From: Chrysemys picta bellii
Taxonomy: Eukaryota
Assembly: GCF_011386835.1 (NCBI RefSeq)
Contig: NC_088793.1
Coordinates: forward strand, 156,302,001-156,366,000
DNA: 64,000 bases
Reading direction: 5' to 3'
Part shown: positions 13,458-27,200 of the stretch, piece by piece
How the letters are laid out: each line of letters begins with the position of its first letter
Numbering within the stretch: the first letter of the stretch is position 1
Notes under the pieces: model-generated
Database searches by the model: none
Seen by the model: the letters and a program-made list of their open reading frames with translations, nothing else
Told to the model about the DNA's origin: nothing
Translations under genes and position numbers: made by a program

Positions 13458-13714
13458 GGGAATATGTACACTTAAAACGTTACAGCACCACAGCTGCAGT
13501 TCTGCGCTTCTGTAGACACTTGCTACAGTGACAGTTGGGGTCTTTCATCGCTGTAGTTAATCCATCTCCACAAGAGGTGGTATCTAGGTTGATGGAAGAA
13601 TTCTGCCATTCATGTAACACTGGCTTCACTGGGGATTAGGTCGACAGCTATGTCTCTCAAGGGTGTGGATTTTTCATAGCTATGCTGATGTAAATTTTCA
13701 GTGTAGACCAGCCC
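13458..13714. mobile_element. PIF/Harbinger-type MITE, degraded
   Basis: Ends gggaatatgtacact ... cagtgtagaccagccc, same TIR family as 11325-11569; TSD not cleanly preserved. Confidence 0.6.
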
Positions 13715-15009
13715 ACAGATATCATCAGTTTATTGAAAAGTAGGAAAGGATAAATTATAGCAGTAAAACCATCTTTGTTATAAATAATTTATTTTAGGGG
13801 CTTAAATTATTTTAACATAGTATGTTTTATAAATGTGTGCTTGTGTAACAATTCAATTGCATAGAGTAAAAGTTAACCTTTGTACATGGTGACAGCAATT
13901 CCCCCCGAGTCTGGCATAACATCTTCCAGCTAATGTAGTTAGTCCTGTATCTCAAGTGGTAGAAGTCTGTGCTATTGTGCAGAAGACTCAGGATTCAAAC
14001 CTTGAAGAGGTTACTGCAGTTCTACATAACAGAATTTGTTTTTTTTTTCTTTTGTTCTTTAAAACATCCTAGGACATTACTTACAAAAAACTAAATTAAA
14101 AGGATATTTTGTAGGTTGCAAAGTCAAGCACTGAAAAGTAAGGAAAATGTCAGATTTACAGTAGTCCATGCAACCGTAATTTGGCCTCTTGCATATGGTT
14201 ATGACCATTAATTACATGACCCCATTCAATTTTTTCCATATGGCACCTGCCTAATTCAGTGAACAGGTTGACCAGGATGCTGAACTAAGGTTGCAAGAGC
14301 AATCCTAAATCTATCATTTTCTAACTTGCATGCTTGCCTTTGCAACCTAAATACTTTTAACACTTTTTGTATGTAATGTTACTTAGTTTGACAACTGCCT
14401 TATATTGGCTTACTGATCCATACAAGAAATCAATTGGCTGACTGTGCCTAGATTGTGGTGTACTTGGGAGATAGTCTATCTAACGAAAAAAATCAGTAAA
14501 ACATGGTAGTTACCCCTTGATCACTTTCTTTCTCTGTTGTGCTCCTTTCCCCTATCCTCCAGCTCTGTTTTGTATTTTTATAGCATACGCTTTTTATGTG
14601 TACTTTGGTATTTGCGCAATATATTGTGTAGACTACTAAATCTTGTTGTTGTTGTTATAATAATAGGACAGGCACACACTGCAAAAATTGAAAAGAATGA
14701 CAATTTGCAAGGGCATTGAAGGTCACTGTGTAATGCAATTTAATTCCAGAAGGTTCTGGTTCCACTTTTTGTCATCTGGTCACCAAACCAGTGGAAAAAT
14801 AAAGCTGTAGTTCTTTTTAGACTGGCTGTGCAGACTTCAAGAAACCCACTGGGACCCGTGGGAAAGGTATTTTAAATACCTTAGTTTTGAAAAGCTTTTC
14901 AAAACTATTTATAACCTAATTTTAATGGAAAGAAATACAATTTTTAAACTGGCTTTAAGAGGGTACATTTAAAAATAGAATGGCGTTTTATTTCTAGTTT
15001 TGATTTATC

Positions 15010-18000
15010 TGAGGTGGCAAAGTTTGCAGATGTTACTAAACTGCTGAAGATAGTTAAGACCAAAGCAGACTGTGAAGAACTTCAAAAAGATCTCACAAAA
15101 CTAAGTGATTGGGCAACAAAATGGCAAATGAAATTTAATGTGGATAAATGTAAAGTAATACACATTGGGAAAAATAACCCCAATTATACATCAAAAAAGA
15201 TATACTGACATTAGAAAAGGTTCAGAGAAGGGCAACTAAAATGATTAGGGGTTTGGAATGGGTCCCATATGAGGAGAGATTAAAGAGGCTAGGACTTTAC
15301 AGCTTGGAAAAGAGGAAACTAATGGGGGACATGATAGAGGTATATAAAATCATGAGTGGTGTGGAGAAAGTGAATAAAGAAAAGTTATTTACTTGTACCC
15401 ATAATATAAGAACTAGGGGCTACCAAATAAAATTAATTGGCAGCAGGTTTAAAACAAATAAAAGGAAGTTCTTCTTCACACAGCGCACAGTCAACCTGTG
15501 GAACTCCTTGCCTGAGGAAGTTGTGAAGACTAGGACTATAACAGGGTTTAAAAGAGAACTAGATAAATTCATGGAGGTTAAGTCCATTAATGGCTATTAG
15601 CCAGGATGGGTAAGGAATGGTGTCCCTAGTCTCTGTTTGTCAGAGGGTGGAGATGGATGGCAATTTCCTGGTGCAAGTGCTGGAGGAACCAACTAGGGGC
15701 AGAGCTTTTCTTGACCTGCTGCTCACAAACAGGGAAGAATTAGTAGGGGAAGCAAAAGTGGATGGGAACCTGGGAGGCAGTGACCATGAGATGGTCGAGT
15801 TCAGGATCCTGACACAAGGAAGAAAGGAGAGCAGCAGAATACAGACCCTGGACTTCAGAAAAGCAGACTTTGACTCCCTCAGGGAACAGATGGGCAGGAT
15901 TCCCTGGGAGAATAACATGAAGGGCAAAGGGGTCCAGGAGAGCTGGCAGTATTTTAAAGAATCCTTATTGCGGTTGCAGGAACAAACCATCCCGATGTGT
16001 AGAAAGAATAGTAAATATGGCAGGCGACCAGCTTGGCTAAACAGTGAAATCCTTGCTGATCTTAAACATGAAAAAGAAGCTTACAAGAAGTGGAAGATTG
16101 GACAAATGACCAGGGAGGAGTATAAATATATTGCTCAGGCATGCAGGAGTGAAATCAGGAAGGCCAAATCACACTTGGAGTTGCAGTTAGCAAGAGATGT
16201 TAAGAGTAACGAGAAGGGTTTCTTCAGGTATGTTAGCAACAAGAAGAAAATCAAGGAAAGTGTGGGCCCCTTACTGAATGAGGGAGGCAACCTAGTGACT
16301 GAGGATGTGGAAAAAGCTAATGTACTCAATGATTTTTTTGCCTCTGTCTTCACGAACAAGGTCAGCTCCCAGATTGCTGCACTGGGCAGTACAGTATGGG
16401 GAGAAGGTGACCAGGCCCTCTGTGGAGAAAGAAGTGGTTCGGGACTATTTAGAAAAACTGGACGTGCACAAGTCCATGGGGCCGGATGCGCTGCATCCAA
16501 GGGTGCTAAAGGAGTTGGCGGGTGAGATTGCAGAGCCATTAGCCATTATTTTTGAAAACTCATGGCGATCGGGGGAGGTCCCAGATGACTGGAAAAAGGC
16601 TAATGTAGTGCCCATCTTTAAAAAAAGGGAAGAAGGAGGATCTGGGGAACTACAGGCCAGTCAGCCTCACCTCAGTCCCTGGAAAAATCATGGAGCAGGT
16701 CCTCAAGGAATCAATTATGAAACATTTAGAGGAGAGGAAAGTGATCAGGAACAGTCAGCATGGATTCACGAAGGGGAAGTCGTGCCTGACTAACCTAATT
16801 GCCTTCTATGATGAGATAACTGGCTCTGTGGATGAGGGGAAAGCAGTGGATGTGTTATTCCTTGACTTTAGCAAAGCTTTTGATACGGTCTCCCACAATA
16901 TTCTTGCCGCCAAGTTAAAGAAGTATGGGCTGGATGAATGGACTGTAAGGTGGAAAGAAAGCTGGCTAGATCGTCGGGCTCAACGGGTAGTGATCAATGG
17001 CTCCATGTCTAGTTGGCAGCCGGTTTCAAACGGAGTGCCCCAAGGGTCGGTCCTGGGGCCGGTTTTGTTTAATATCTTTATTAATGATCTGGAGGATGGT
17101 GTGGACTGCACTCTCAACAAGTTTACAGATGACACTAAACTAGGAGGCGTGGTAGATACACTAGAGGGTAGGGATCGGATACAGAGGGACCTAGACAAAT
17201 TAGAGGATTGGACCAAAAAAAACCTGATGAGGTTCAACAAGGACAAGTGCAGAGTCCTGCACTTAGGACGCAAGAATCCCATGCACCGCTACAGACTAGG
17301 GACCAAATGGCTAGGTAGCAATTCTGCAGAAAAGGACCTAGGGGTCACAGTGGACGAGAAGCTGGATATGAGTCAACAGTGTGCTCTTGTTGCCAAGAAG
17401 GCTAATGGCATTTTGGGCTGTATAAATAGGGGCGTTGCCAGCAGATCAAGGAACGTGATCGTTTCCCTTTATTCGACATTGGTGAGGCCTCATCTGGAAT
17501 ACTGTGTCCAGTTTTGGGCCCCACACTACAAGAAGGATGTGGAAAAATTGGAAAGAGTCCAACGGAGGGCAACAAAAATTATTAGGGGTCTGGAGCATAT
17601 GACTTATGAGGAGAGGCTGAGGGAACTGGGATTGTTTAGTCTCCAGAAGAGAAGAATGAGGGGGGATTTGATAGCAGCCTTCAACTACCTGAAGGGGGGT
17701 TCCAAAGAGGATGGAGCTCGGCTGTTCTCAGTGGTGGCAGATGACAGAACAAGGAGCAATGGTCTCAAGTTGCAGTGGGGGAGGTTCAGGTTGGATATTA
17801 GGAAAAACTATTTCACTAGGAGGGTGGTGAAACACTGGAATGTGTTAGCTAGGGAGGTGGTGGAGTCTCCTTCCTTGGAGGTTTTTAAGGCCCGGCTTGA
17901 CAAAGCCCTGGCTGGGATGATTTAGTTGGGGATTGGTCCTGCTTTGAGTAGGGGGTTGGACTAGATGACCTCTTGAGGTCCCTTCCAACCCTGATATTCT

Positions 18001-18147
18001 ATGATTCTATAGGAGAGAACTCACTTAATCACTACCTGTTAGGTTCACTCCCTCTGGGGCACCTGGCATTGGCCACTGTCGGTAGACAGGATACTGGACT
18101 GGATGGACCTTTGGTCTGATCCAGTATGGCCATTCTTATGTTCTTGC
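15010..18147 (+). mobile_element. Older 5'-truncated CR1 (PsCR1-like 3'UTR), split in two (15010-15661 and 18011-18147) by a younger CR1
   Basis: ORFs 15014..15208 and 15241..15600 are CR1 RT C-terminus (KFADVTKL; [15 protein letters not shown]) with an internal deletion near 15190. The 3'UTR ...gatggatggc resumes as aggagag... at 18011 and ends ttcttatgttctt. Confidence 0.9.
15662..18010 (+). mobile_element. Young 5'-truncated CR1 LINE; ORF2 from the end of the endonuclease through RT to the natural stop, broken by two +1 frameshifts
   Basis: ORFs 15617..16525, 16305..16793 and 16690..17925 in successive frames; RT motifs YLDFSKAFD-like (FLDFSKAFD), [14 protein letters not shown]; ends in (ATTCTATG)-type tail attctatgattctat. 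Confidence 0.97.
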
Positions 18148-18227
18148 TTTCATGCTGAAATAATGAAACATACTGTAATTTCATCCAACTTTGGGGGAGA
18201 CGGGGGAACACCTCTAGAGTTGAAACA

Positions 18228-18421
18228 AGTTCCCGGCCAATGGGAGCTGCGGGATGTGCTGGCCCGCCACTTCCTGCAGCTCCCATTGACCAGAAACAGT
18301 GAATCGCGGACACTGGGAGCTGCGGGGGGCTGTGGTTGTGAACGGTCAGCATAACAAAATGTCTTGCGGCCCACCAGCAGATTATCCTGATGGGCCACAT
18401 GCCGAAGGTTGCCGACCCCTG
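18228..18421 (-). mobile_element. Partial hAT MITE of the same family as 3249-3539 (one end lost)
   Basis: Right end cctgatgggccacatgccgaaggttgccgacccctg followed by gtctaggt; no matching left TIR. Confidence 0.8.
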
Positions 18422-20599
18422 GTCTAGGTTTACATGGTCCTGCCACAGCACAAGCAACTGGTCTTGATTACTTCTCTATATCCCTTCAAGTTCTACATTT
18501 CTATGATTCTGTCATTTAATTCGTTTAATGTGATATAATTTTCATAAAACATGCAGGGGCCATATAAATCAACACTTGGTCTTAATTTTTCTTTGGAAAT
18601 GCTCTCTAGAAACACGATGGATTTCCCATCAATCTTTCTTATTAAACAGTTGGCTGAGCATGTTGGAGATCATCAGAATATAAACACCAAGATGGAAGTA
18701 AATTGGAATTGAAAAAATGCAGTTGAATTCCATCGTATGTGACTTATTTATACTGCACTTCATTCTAGAACTTTAACTAAAACAAGCTTTTGGTGTTGTC
18801 TAATATGAGGAGATTAAGTGTTGTAGAGCATTGAGTGCTAAAGATCTAACACTTCATAAAATAGTTCTGATCAATAGATCAGCAAAAGATCTATTGATTA
18901 AGATTAAGGTAATATAATTTTGCACTTTACATACATTGTCAAGAGTTTGGTAACATACACTGAAGCTATTAGTCATATTTGTCATATTTCCTTGGGTCTG
19001 AAAACTAGTACTAAATTTGCTTACTGCTCCTTCATTTTATCCTTCAAGGGGAAAAATTAATCTGTCTTAATTTGCTGTCACTCAGTCCTGTTGGCCTTCT
19101 CCTCAGCTGGGAGAGTAGGAGCCCTGCATGACCCGTCCTGTACATAACCATCCTCAAGGCCCTGTTATTTATGCAATTGCATAATTTACCATATAATGAG
19201 CCCCATTATTATTATTATTTTATTATTATATGTTGATGGCCCTACATAATTCAGTAGTAGACCCAGAGAAAGCATTGGCAATATCTGAAATGGAGAAGGG
19301 AAGGACTGGCAGTCCAAGAGAAGCTGTCCAAAGAGTGGAGGCCAGACAAGTCAAGGAAAAAGTGAAGTACGAGAAAATTTGGCCAGACAGGCTGGGGAGA
19401 GGCACCCAGTAGTATTGTTTACTCTGTCCAGACAAGAGGGCAGCTAAGGGATATTACAAGTTAAAGCAGATTTCATACATCTAAAATAAATGTTTATTTT
19501 TATACATATATGTTTTAAACATTTACTTTTGATGTGTGTAGGTGAGATTGTCAAAGCCATCTTAGAGACTTAGATACACATCTTCCATAAAAACGAATAC
19601 ACATAGTAAGCCTCAGGATTTGTGTACTTGGAAAAGTTTCATCCAGAAGGAGCCCAGTGAAGTGGGGCTGAGGATCCAGGGAGAGGTTGAGTCATATGAG
19701 AAGAGCAGGAGCCCAAGACTGGTGAGAGAGCTGCTCCAGCTTTCACCGCCAGGCTATTAAAATTTCAAATGTGATCTACTGTGGTAAAAGCTTTTGCTGC
19801 CAGCTCCAGACATTCTGCCGAGGAGTGGGTGTTTTGGGTGCTCAAGGAATACAAGATCTTTTGTGAATTTGTGTCCGATACGATGGCTCAATAAATATTA
19901 GATAGATTCACTGTAGAAACTAGCTCCATGCATCTGTGTAATAACATGCAGTTTGTTTACTTGTCATTATGTTTGTGGGAGTAACAAAGAGTTTATAGTT
20001 TCTCATTGTTCTCTATTTCTGGCAAAGACTTAAAACAAAACAAAACAAAAACCCCAACCACTCTTCCCCCAAATTCTTTTTTTGTCCTCATGCTGTTTCT
20101 CATTTGACTCCCAATAAAGATCTTTTGTTTATTGTGCGGTGTATTTTATTAATGAATCTTGTGTCAGTTATTCCTATTCTCTCTTGCATAGTGTTACTAT
20201 TCAGGTGTAAAAAGTGAGCAAGTGTTTCTTCTTTCTGACCTCTGTATCACATTTGCTCATTTTACTGGTCAAAACAAGATTTGGTGTTTTTTGGTTGCTC
20301 TTATAAGTTTAGCTTCAGCTCTAAGCAAAAATCATTAAGCTGCACTCTTCATTTGTCCCTCTCCAAAGTTCACTGCCAACAATAACCATACTCATTCTGG
20401 TATTTAGCTGTTTTTGGAAATGAAGTTGAAAAAATAATAAGGAAGAAAAAGTTTGATTTTTCTTTAAGCTATTGCTTAAATATGAAGACACAGGATATGG
20501 CTTAAGCTGATGAAATTGACAGAAACAGATTAAATGTGTATCTGGAGTAGCAGAATATTTACAGTATATCTTGGCAGAGTGTCTCATCTACACTTTACG

Positions 20600-21295
20600 T
20601 CCAAATATCCATCTATCTACTAATCTCCTCCTCTCTTTCATCCTTTTCTAGCCAGCTCTCATTCAAAATCCAAGAATGTCCAGCTCTCTGCATCTTCAAA
20701 AACTAAAAAAGTCCATCTGCCTCTTCAACTATCACCCTATGCCTCTTCTGCCTTTCACTCTGAATTCATAGAAGATCATTTACAGCCATGGCCTGGAATT
20801 CCTGTTCTGCAGTTCCATCTTGGATCCTCTTCAGTTTGGCATCCTTCCTTTCTAGTTTACCAAATGCGCTCTCTCCAAGATTGCTACTGACATTTTCCTC
20901 TTCAAGTCTCAGGGACTCTAATCACTTTGATCTGTCTCCTATGTTTGACACTGTTTATTCTCCTTCTCAGCATTTTATCCTCCCCTGGCTTTCACAACTC
21001 TGTGCTCCTGTGGTTCTCCTACCTCTCCAGTAATTCCTGAGCATCTCTTGATGGTTTCTCCTCTTCTCTTTTCCTACCCTGTGTGGGATCTCAGAGGACT
21101 TCATCTTTGGCTTGCTCCTCTTCTTGCTTTATACCTTCTCACTGGGTAATCTCATCTGCTGACATGATTTCAACTACTATCTTTAGACCAATGACTCGTA
21201 AATCTGCTTCTTTCAATCCCATCTTGCATCTCAGTCTGTCTCTAACATGTCCTCCTGAATGTCTCACCGTCAACTTAATTCTAACATAGCCAAAC
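20600..21295 (+). mobile_element. L2 LINE RT remnant, heavily decayed
   Basis: Pyrimidine-rich colinear remnants of L2 RT motifs (ttggatcctcttcagtttggc; gatctgtctcctatgtttgacactgtt ~ DLSAAFDTV; ctcctcttcttgctttataccttctcactgggtaatctcatc ~ LLF.LYT.SLG.LI). Confidence 0.75.
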
Positions 21296-22189
21296 CCTCA
21301 GATAAGATGCCAAAAAGAAATCGGCTAGCTTGACTAATAGATTGAGGGGAAGATGGAAGTAGCTGGAGGTTACTTTCTTTATAATCATTAGAAAAATATT
21401 GCGCATATAAAATATGACTACCAGTGTAAACCTGGAGTGACAGTGCTGTGAAATAAACCCATAATATGTAGCGCCAGATCCTACTCCTGTGGACTTCAAT
21501 TGCATTACTATAGGGGTCATTGTGTTTGTGTATCTATATAAACATATTTGTGCTTATAAATTATATAATGCAAATAGTCTCACAGAGAATCAGCTCTGAT
21601 TAAAATAAAGAGTGTTGCTGTATTTTTTTCAATGCAGCAAATACATAGGTTGGGGTGCGAATCTGACATTGTCTTGTTGCTGTAGATAAGACAGCACTGT
21701 TTTGTACTGAATCAAACAATCTTGCAGTACAATTGTGTGGCTGTAATTTTTTGGACAAGTTATAAATCCTGAAAATGAGTGTTTATAATAGAAACATATA
21801 TAGCTCTCAGAAGAAATTGTGCACATGTAGGGCTAGTTCTGCCCTCAGATACCATATTATAATCTCATTGACTTCCCCGTGAACAGGTCTGTGAGCAGAT
21901 TTTGACCTGTAATCTGGAGACAGTGAGCAGAAGAGTCTGTTTTTTCTGTCTTCATCCCAAGAACAATAACTGGGAAGTACAATTGTACTCCAAGTAGATG
22001 TAAAGTATCGATACACTGCTGGCCCCATGTTCTCAACATGTCAGGAGTGTGGATTAAATGGCTTTTACTGAAGGGGGATAAATGTGTCTTGTAATGTCAT
22101 CCTATGTATTTGATTGCCATTTCACGACATACATGCATTGTTTGATACTAATATCTATTGTAACTAAAATATTCTTTTCTCCCCTTCAG

Positions 22190-22285
22190 ACAGCCTGTTT
22201 TCGAGAAGAGAGGGATGTACTAGTGAATGGAGATAACCAGTGGATCACAACATTGCACTATGCCTTCCAGGATGACAACTATTTA
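22190..22285 (+). CDS. CDC42BPA: CDC42BPA exon 4, [32 protein letters not shown]
   Basis: ttcttttctccccttcag acceptor and TTA|gtgagt donor; 96 nt, phase 0/0; peptide visible in ORF 22082..22312. Confidence 0.97.
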
Positions 22286-23998
22286 GTGAGTGTTCCTTTA
22301 AATATCTATTAAAGTGATTTTAGGCTTTTAGTCTGTGATATTGAGATCCAGATATAGTGTGTGTGCAACAGTTAGCCCTATGGTTGAAATTGAATCTCCA
22401 TATGCATCAAAACCTTGTCAAATGCATTATTAGTATGGAAACTAGTCAGGGAGTTTAGTGAATTTGGCCATGAATATCTCAAGATGCTAGTTTGCTTTGT
22501 TCTCTGTACAAGTCTGCAATTATTGGGCAGACTTCTGTAACCAGTAGTTATCAGGTAATCTGACTATTCGTCCTTTGGGAGTGCTCTTGCAATTATATTA
22601 CCGTACCTTTTCTATAATCTTGTCATTTACTTTGTCCCAATAATCCTGGTCTGAATCACAGAATGAAGTAGCGGTTAATTTTTTATCCTGCTATGAAATT
22701 AGAGATAGATATAAAGTTTGTTTAATCTCCTTGATTATTGTTATTCAATTTTGGAACTGGAACAGTCCTGTTGATTTGAAATTCACCCAACTGGGCTCTG
22801 GCAACGAGTAGAGAGGCATAATTTCAATTCTGAACTGTCTCCTCCTGCTGGCTGGGGGGCTTAACCACAAAAGTCCCAGAAGGGTACAGAAAGCCACGGT
22901 ATACCTTAAAAAAGCCACTTTAAAAAAAAATCAATTTGCGTAGAACTGAATATTATAATTGCAGATGAAAGTATCTAAATACGTTTTTGTTAAGAAGTAT
23001 GTCTGAAATGTAATTGGAATGCCTTTTGGTTTTGTTCTGAAAAGTTTGGGTTGTTATGATGTTACTTAGCTGTTTAAAAACATAGTGATTCGGTACTCTT
23101 CATAGTAAACTGAATTATTGCATGCTGATGCTGAAACTTAAGTTGATGTACATTTTAGAAATGTATTTGCATCATAAAATTTTACTGAAAGAATCTAATC
23201 TTTCATATTACATTTAACTGTTATCCTGTAATATATAGGATTCAAGAAGGAAAATTAATTTATAAAGGATGATCAATTTTTACTAAATCTTTGTCATTTA
23301 AGAAAATAATTGTAGCACACTTGAATTGTGTTGCTAAGCTTATTGTATTTACTTTCCTGTCTTGTAAAGTACACTTGATACATACACTTTGGTAGTTTGA
23401 AGTCTTACTACTTCTGTTTAGCATTGTCATTAGTAGGTGTTATATATATATTTTTTTAAAATCCCAGTTTGCAACTAAGGGCTACTTCCTGGTCATTTCA
23501 CAGATGAAGTCACATTAACTTCAGTAAGGTTACTGGAGTAAAGCAGGTATGATTTGGTCCTTAAGGTAAAGGAAATTCATGAATGTAGGACTTACAGAAC
23601 TGGGACTTTTGGTCATGATCCTGCAATTGGATGCACGAGCACAGCCTCTTGCAATCTTGCAGCATTCCCTTAACTTCAGTTGGTCTTTGCACATGTTCAG
23701 GGCTTTACTTGTGTGTATCTGATAGCAGGATCATGGCCCAGGTTTTCCATTTCCTGATTGAGTAATATGGACCAGTAAAAACTATAACTGTGTTCTGACT
23801 GCCAGCAGTATTATTAAGAAAACATTATATGTTGAGTTGCCGCCAGCCAGAACTAATTTTAATCTAGCCTCTTTCCTCAATGTACTCATTGAGCAGAGCC
23901 GCTTCCACTCTTTATCATTGATGGTCTGTTAACATGTGCTAGTTTTGCAAATAGAGTTTCATTTGGGAGAAAAAGGCAGGAAAACTGTCTGATTCTCA

Positions 23999-24266
23999 AA
24001 AACAACAAGGAGTCCTTTTGGCACCTTAGAGACTAACACATTTATTTGGGCATAAGCTTTCGTGTGCTAGAACCCACTTCATCAGATGCATGGAGTGGAA
24101 AATACAGTAGCAGGTATATATACATAGTACATGAAAAGATGGGAGTTGCCGTACCAAGTAGGGGGGGGTCAGTCTAACGAGACAAAAAATTCCATTAACA
24201 GTAGAATACCAAGGGAGGAAAAATCACTTTTGTAGTGGTAATGAGGGTGGCCCATTTCAAACAGTT
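23999..24266 (-). mobile_element. Penelope-like element terminal fragment (subfamily B)
   Basis: caaggagtcc..ggcaccttagagactaac..gcataagctttcgtg..cacttcatcagatgc, shared with 39253-39503; short ttctca duplication at the flanks. Confidence 0.75.
24050..24089 (-). ncRNA. Minimal type I hammerhead ribozyme motif (Penelope-associated)
   Basis: Minus strand: GCAU-CUGAUGA-A-GUGGGUU CU AGCACAC-GAA-AGCU-U-AUGC. Helix I GCAU/AUGC, canonical core, helix II with one mismatch, palindromic AGCU helix III. Confidence 0.6.
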
Positions 24267-27200
24267 CTCAGTATTTTAATACGTGCTTTGAGTATATTAT
24301 ATACATATTATATACATGTGAAAAGTACCCGTGATACAGAATTTAGGTAGATCTATGACCTGAATTGAATGCCTTTGTGTTAAACTCCAGCAATAAATAC
24401 ATATTTAACAGCCTTAATTTGCACTTTTACCCTTTTAAACAGGTTTTTAAAAAATTTATTAGTTGGATTTCTAATTGTGGAAGCATTGTGATGCTGTGCA
24501 GTAGTGACTTGTGCAATACATAAAAATAATTACTAGATATGATGGGTCTGCACACTTTATAAAGGGATATATTGCCCAATTTATTGGTAGTGAAGTTTTT
24601 ATTATAATGGAAAACTTCAATCTGCAGCTTAGTCAGCTCAGTTTTTCCTTAAGTCTTTATTTTTTATTGTCACAACTGTGAAAGCACAAGTATAAAAAAA
24701 ATGTAAGGAACATTTTTGTGAAGAAGACTTTGACATACTATAAATATGCACAACTGAGTTGGGGTTACTGTGGCATCTTAATTTATTTCTACATATGATA
24801 TCTAAGTTTCCTTTTCAGCATATTGTATAGTCTCTTCTAAATTTCTCATGTACAGGTTTACTGCTATCATAAAAATTGAGGGTGTTTTAGCTGCTTGTTA
24901 TCAAGTTACAATATTTTTCAGATTATTTGCTATAAAGTTACTCAGAAACTGGAGAATATTTTGAAGGACTAATATCGTAAACTAATACAAATGTAAATTT
25001 TAAGTTTTAGTTATATTTACTGTTCTATGCTAGAGTGTAGATAAATTCATATTTTGGTCCAACATTCATTCAACAACTTCTGTGGAGTGAATTCTTTTTC
25101 ATCATTGTATTTGTATTTTGTCTATTCACCATTAAGAGACAGTTTAAAATTTTTTTTAAAGTATATACAATGGCCTTGCTGGAGTTGCAGAATGAATTAA
25201 TAATAATATTTGGACCTGCTCTGTTTCCTATTTCACGTTCTTTATGCTGACTTGTGACTCTTGTATGAGTGTGGTATAAATGTGCACACTTGCTGATTTG
25301 ATTCAGTTGTCACTCAAAGGACAGTCTTTTAGTGCTTGAAAAAAGTAATAATTTGGACGTTAGAGTATTTTTAAGTCCTTCTAGGAGTATGCTTCCTTTT
25401 TCACCTGATCTCTGTATACAAGAGTATTCACACAAGAGAAGTAGATCTTAGAGAACTGACTGGAAATGAGAGAATCAGATCATCTTTGGTTGAAAGATTC
25501 CTTGGCTAACTCTTGTTTGGTCTGCCAAACGAGAACCAAGGAATTTATGTGCATAGCTGAGAATTCCTCAGGGTTATATATATATAAAGGTGTATATACT
25601 TGATATATAAAGAATGTATATGGTCAGCTTTTAGTTCTTCTACTTTGCTCAGGATGGAACATGATGTAGGTACATAAGACATTTGGTGACCTCTACACTA
25701 TTCATCTGACAACATGAGAACTGACCAGCCAACCAACTTGTGAAATCCGTTGAACTGCACCTTACTACTGTATAGATAAAGAACAGTTTAAAAATAGAAA
25801 TCTCCTCTTCCTAATATTCTTTCTTTGATCTTCTTAACAATCTTGGTTTTAGAAGAAAAAAATAATACATTTATGTGAATGAATGATACTACTTGAGGCA
25901 GTGATTCGTATATTGTCCGAAGAATTCACTCCATTGTTGCATTAAAAATTCACCTTACAAATTTAACTTTGATCCTGAAAATATTCATGCAGACCCTTAA
26001 CTTCAAGCACATGATTAGTCCCAATGACTTCAATGTGACTACTTACAGGCTTGGGCGTTAGATGATATTTTATCATCACTTTATTGCTTTTGTTACGCCT
26101 GGAAAAATTTCTTTTATAATAGAATGAAGTTATAAAAGTGCTGTATAACAAGCAAACAAAAAAATCGCTTTGTATTTATGGTTGCATCAACTACATTTTT
26201 TTTGAATGGCTTCCAAATATATTGTGTTAAAAAGGGTGAATGATTGCTGTAGACAAATACACAAGATCCTGTTTCAGTGAAGAAAAAGGAATGCTGTTGC
26301 AGTTTTTTCCAGCATTCTTTCTCAGCAATAAGTAGGCTTGGCAGAATTCAATTTTTACTTATAATTTTGATGGCTAATATCAATGTTTATTTTAAGCATT
26401 TTTTTCTGTTTTGATTGATGTAAATTTTCACAGAAATTAATGGAGGAGTGTCAGAAAATAATTATTTTATGATAGTAGATGTTGAGATTCAAAAAGTTAA
26501 AGCTTTATAACAGTTAAAACACAAATTGTCATGATCACGTCAAAATATACAAACTCTGCGTTCTCAAGCAGCATTTTTCTTTCTTTGCCTGTCCGTAATT
26601 TTCTGTTATTAAGGTGAAAATATTTGTTGTCGGTTTGTGTGTGTGTGTGTACAGCAAAATTGATGTTTACCGACATTTACCAATAAAAATCTAATCCTAG
26701 CAATAACTAAAGAATGGATGGATGAGAGCAAAACCACTACACAGCAAATCAGTTAATAACCATCACATTCTGTATACAACCACTGCAGCTTTTAAAAAGT
26801 ATTACCTGGGAGGCTTTCTGATATTACAGATCTCATTTCATTGATTTTTCAGGGCAGTAGTGACCATAGCTTATTTGCCTTGTGTAAGGCATGCTGCCAA
26901 GACATCTCGCAGCATAGCAGGTTTGCAACTCAATGGCAGACAGCAACACAGTAACATTTTGATTATCGATATTTTGAAGACTTTGTGGAAAGACTTTATT
27001 CATTTCTCCACCACAATTGGTAAATTAAAAAATGGTTCCCAGGAGGATGTCACAATATGTTTCAAGTTGTTACAGTCAGTGGAGTTCTAAAGCACAGGAT
27101 CCAAAACTACTTTTCTTTTCAACAGAATCTGTTTCCTCTTCAAACGGCGTCTAAAATCTTTCAACAAAAAACCTTAAGGATGACCAAATGTGGAGGGGTA

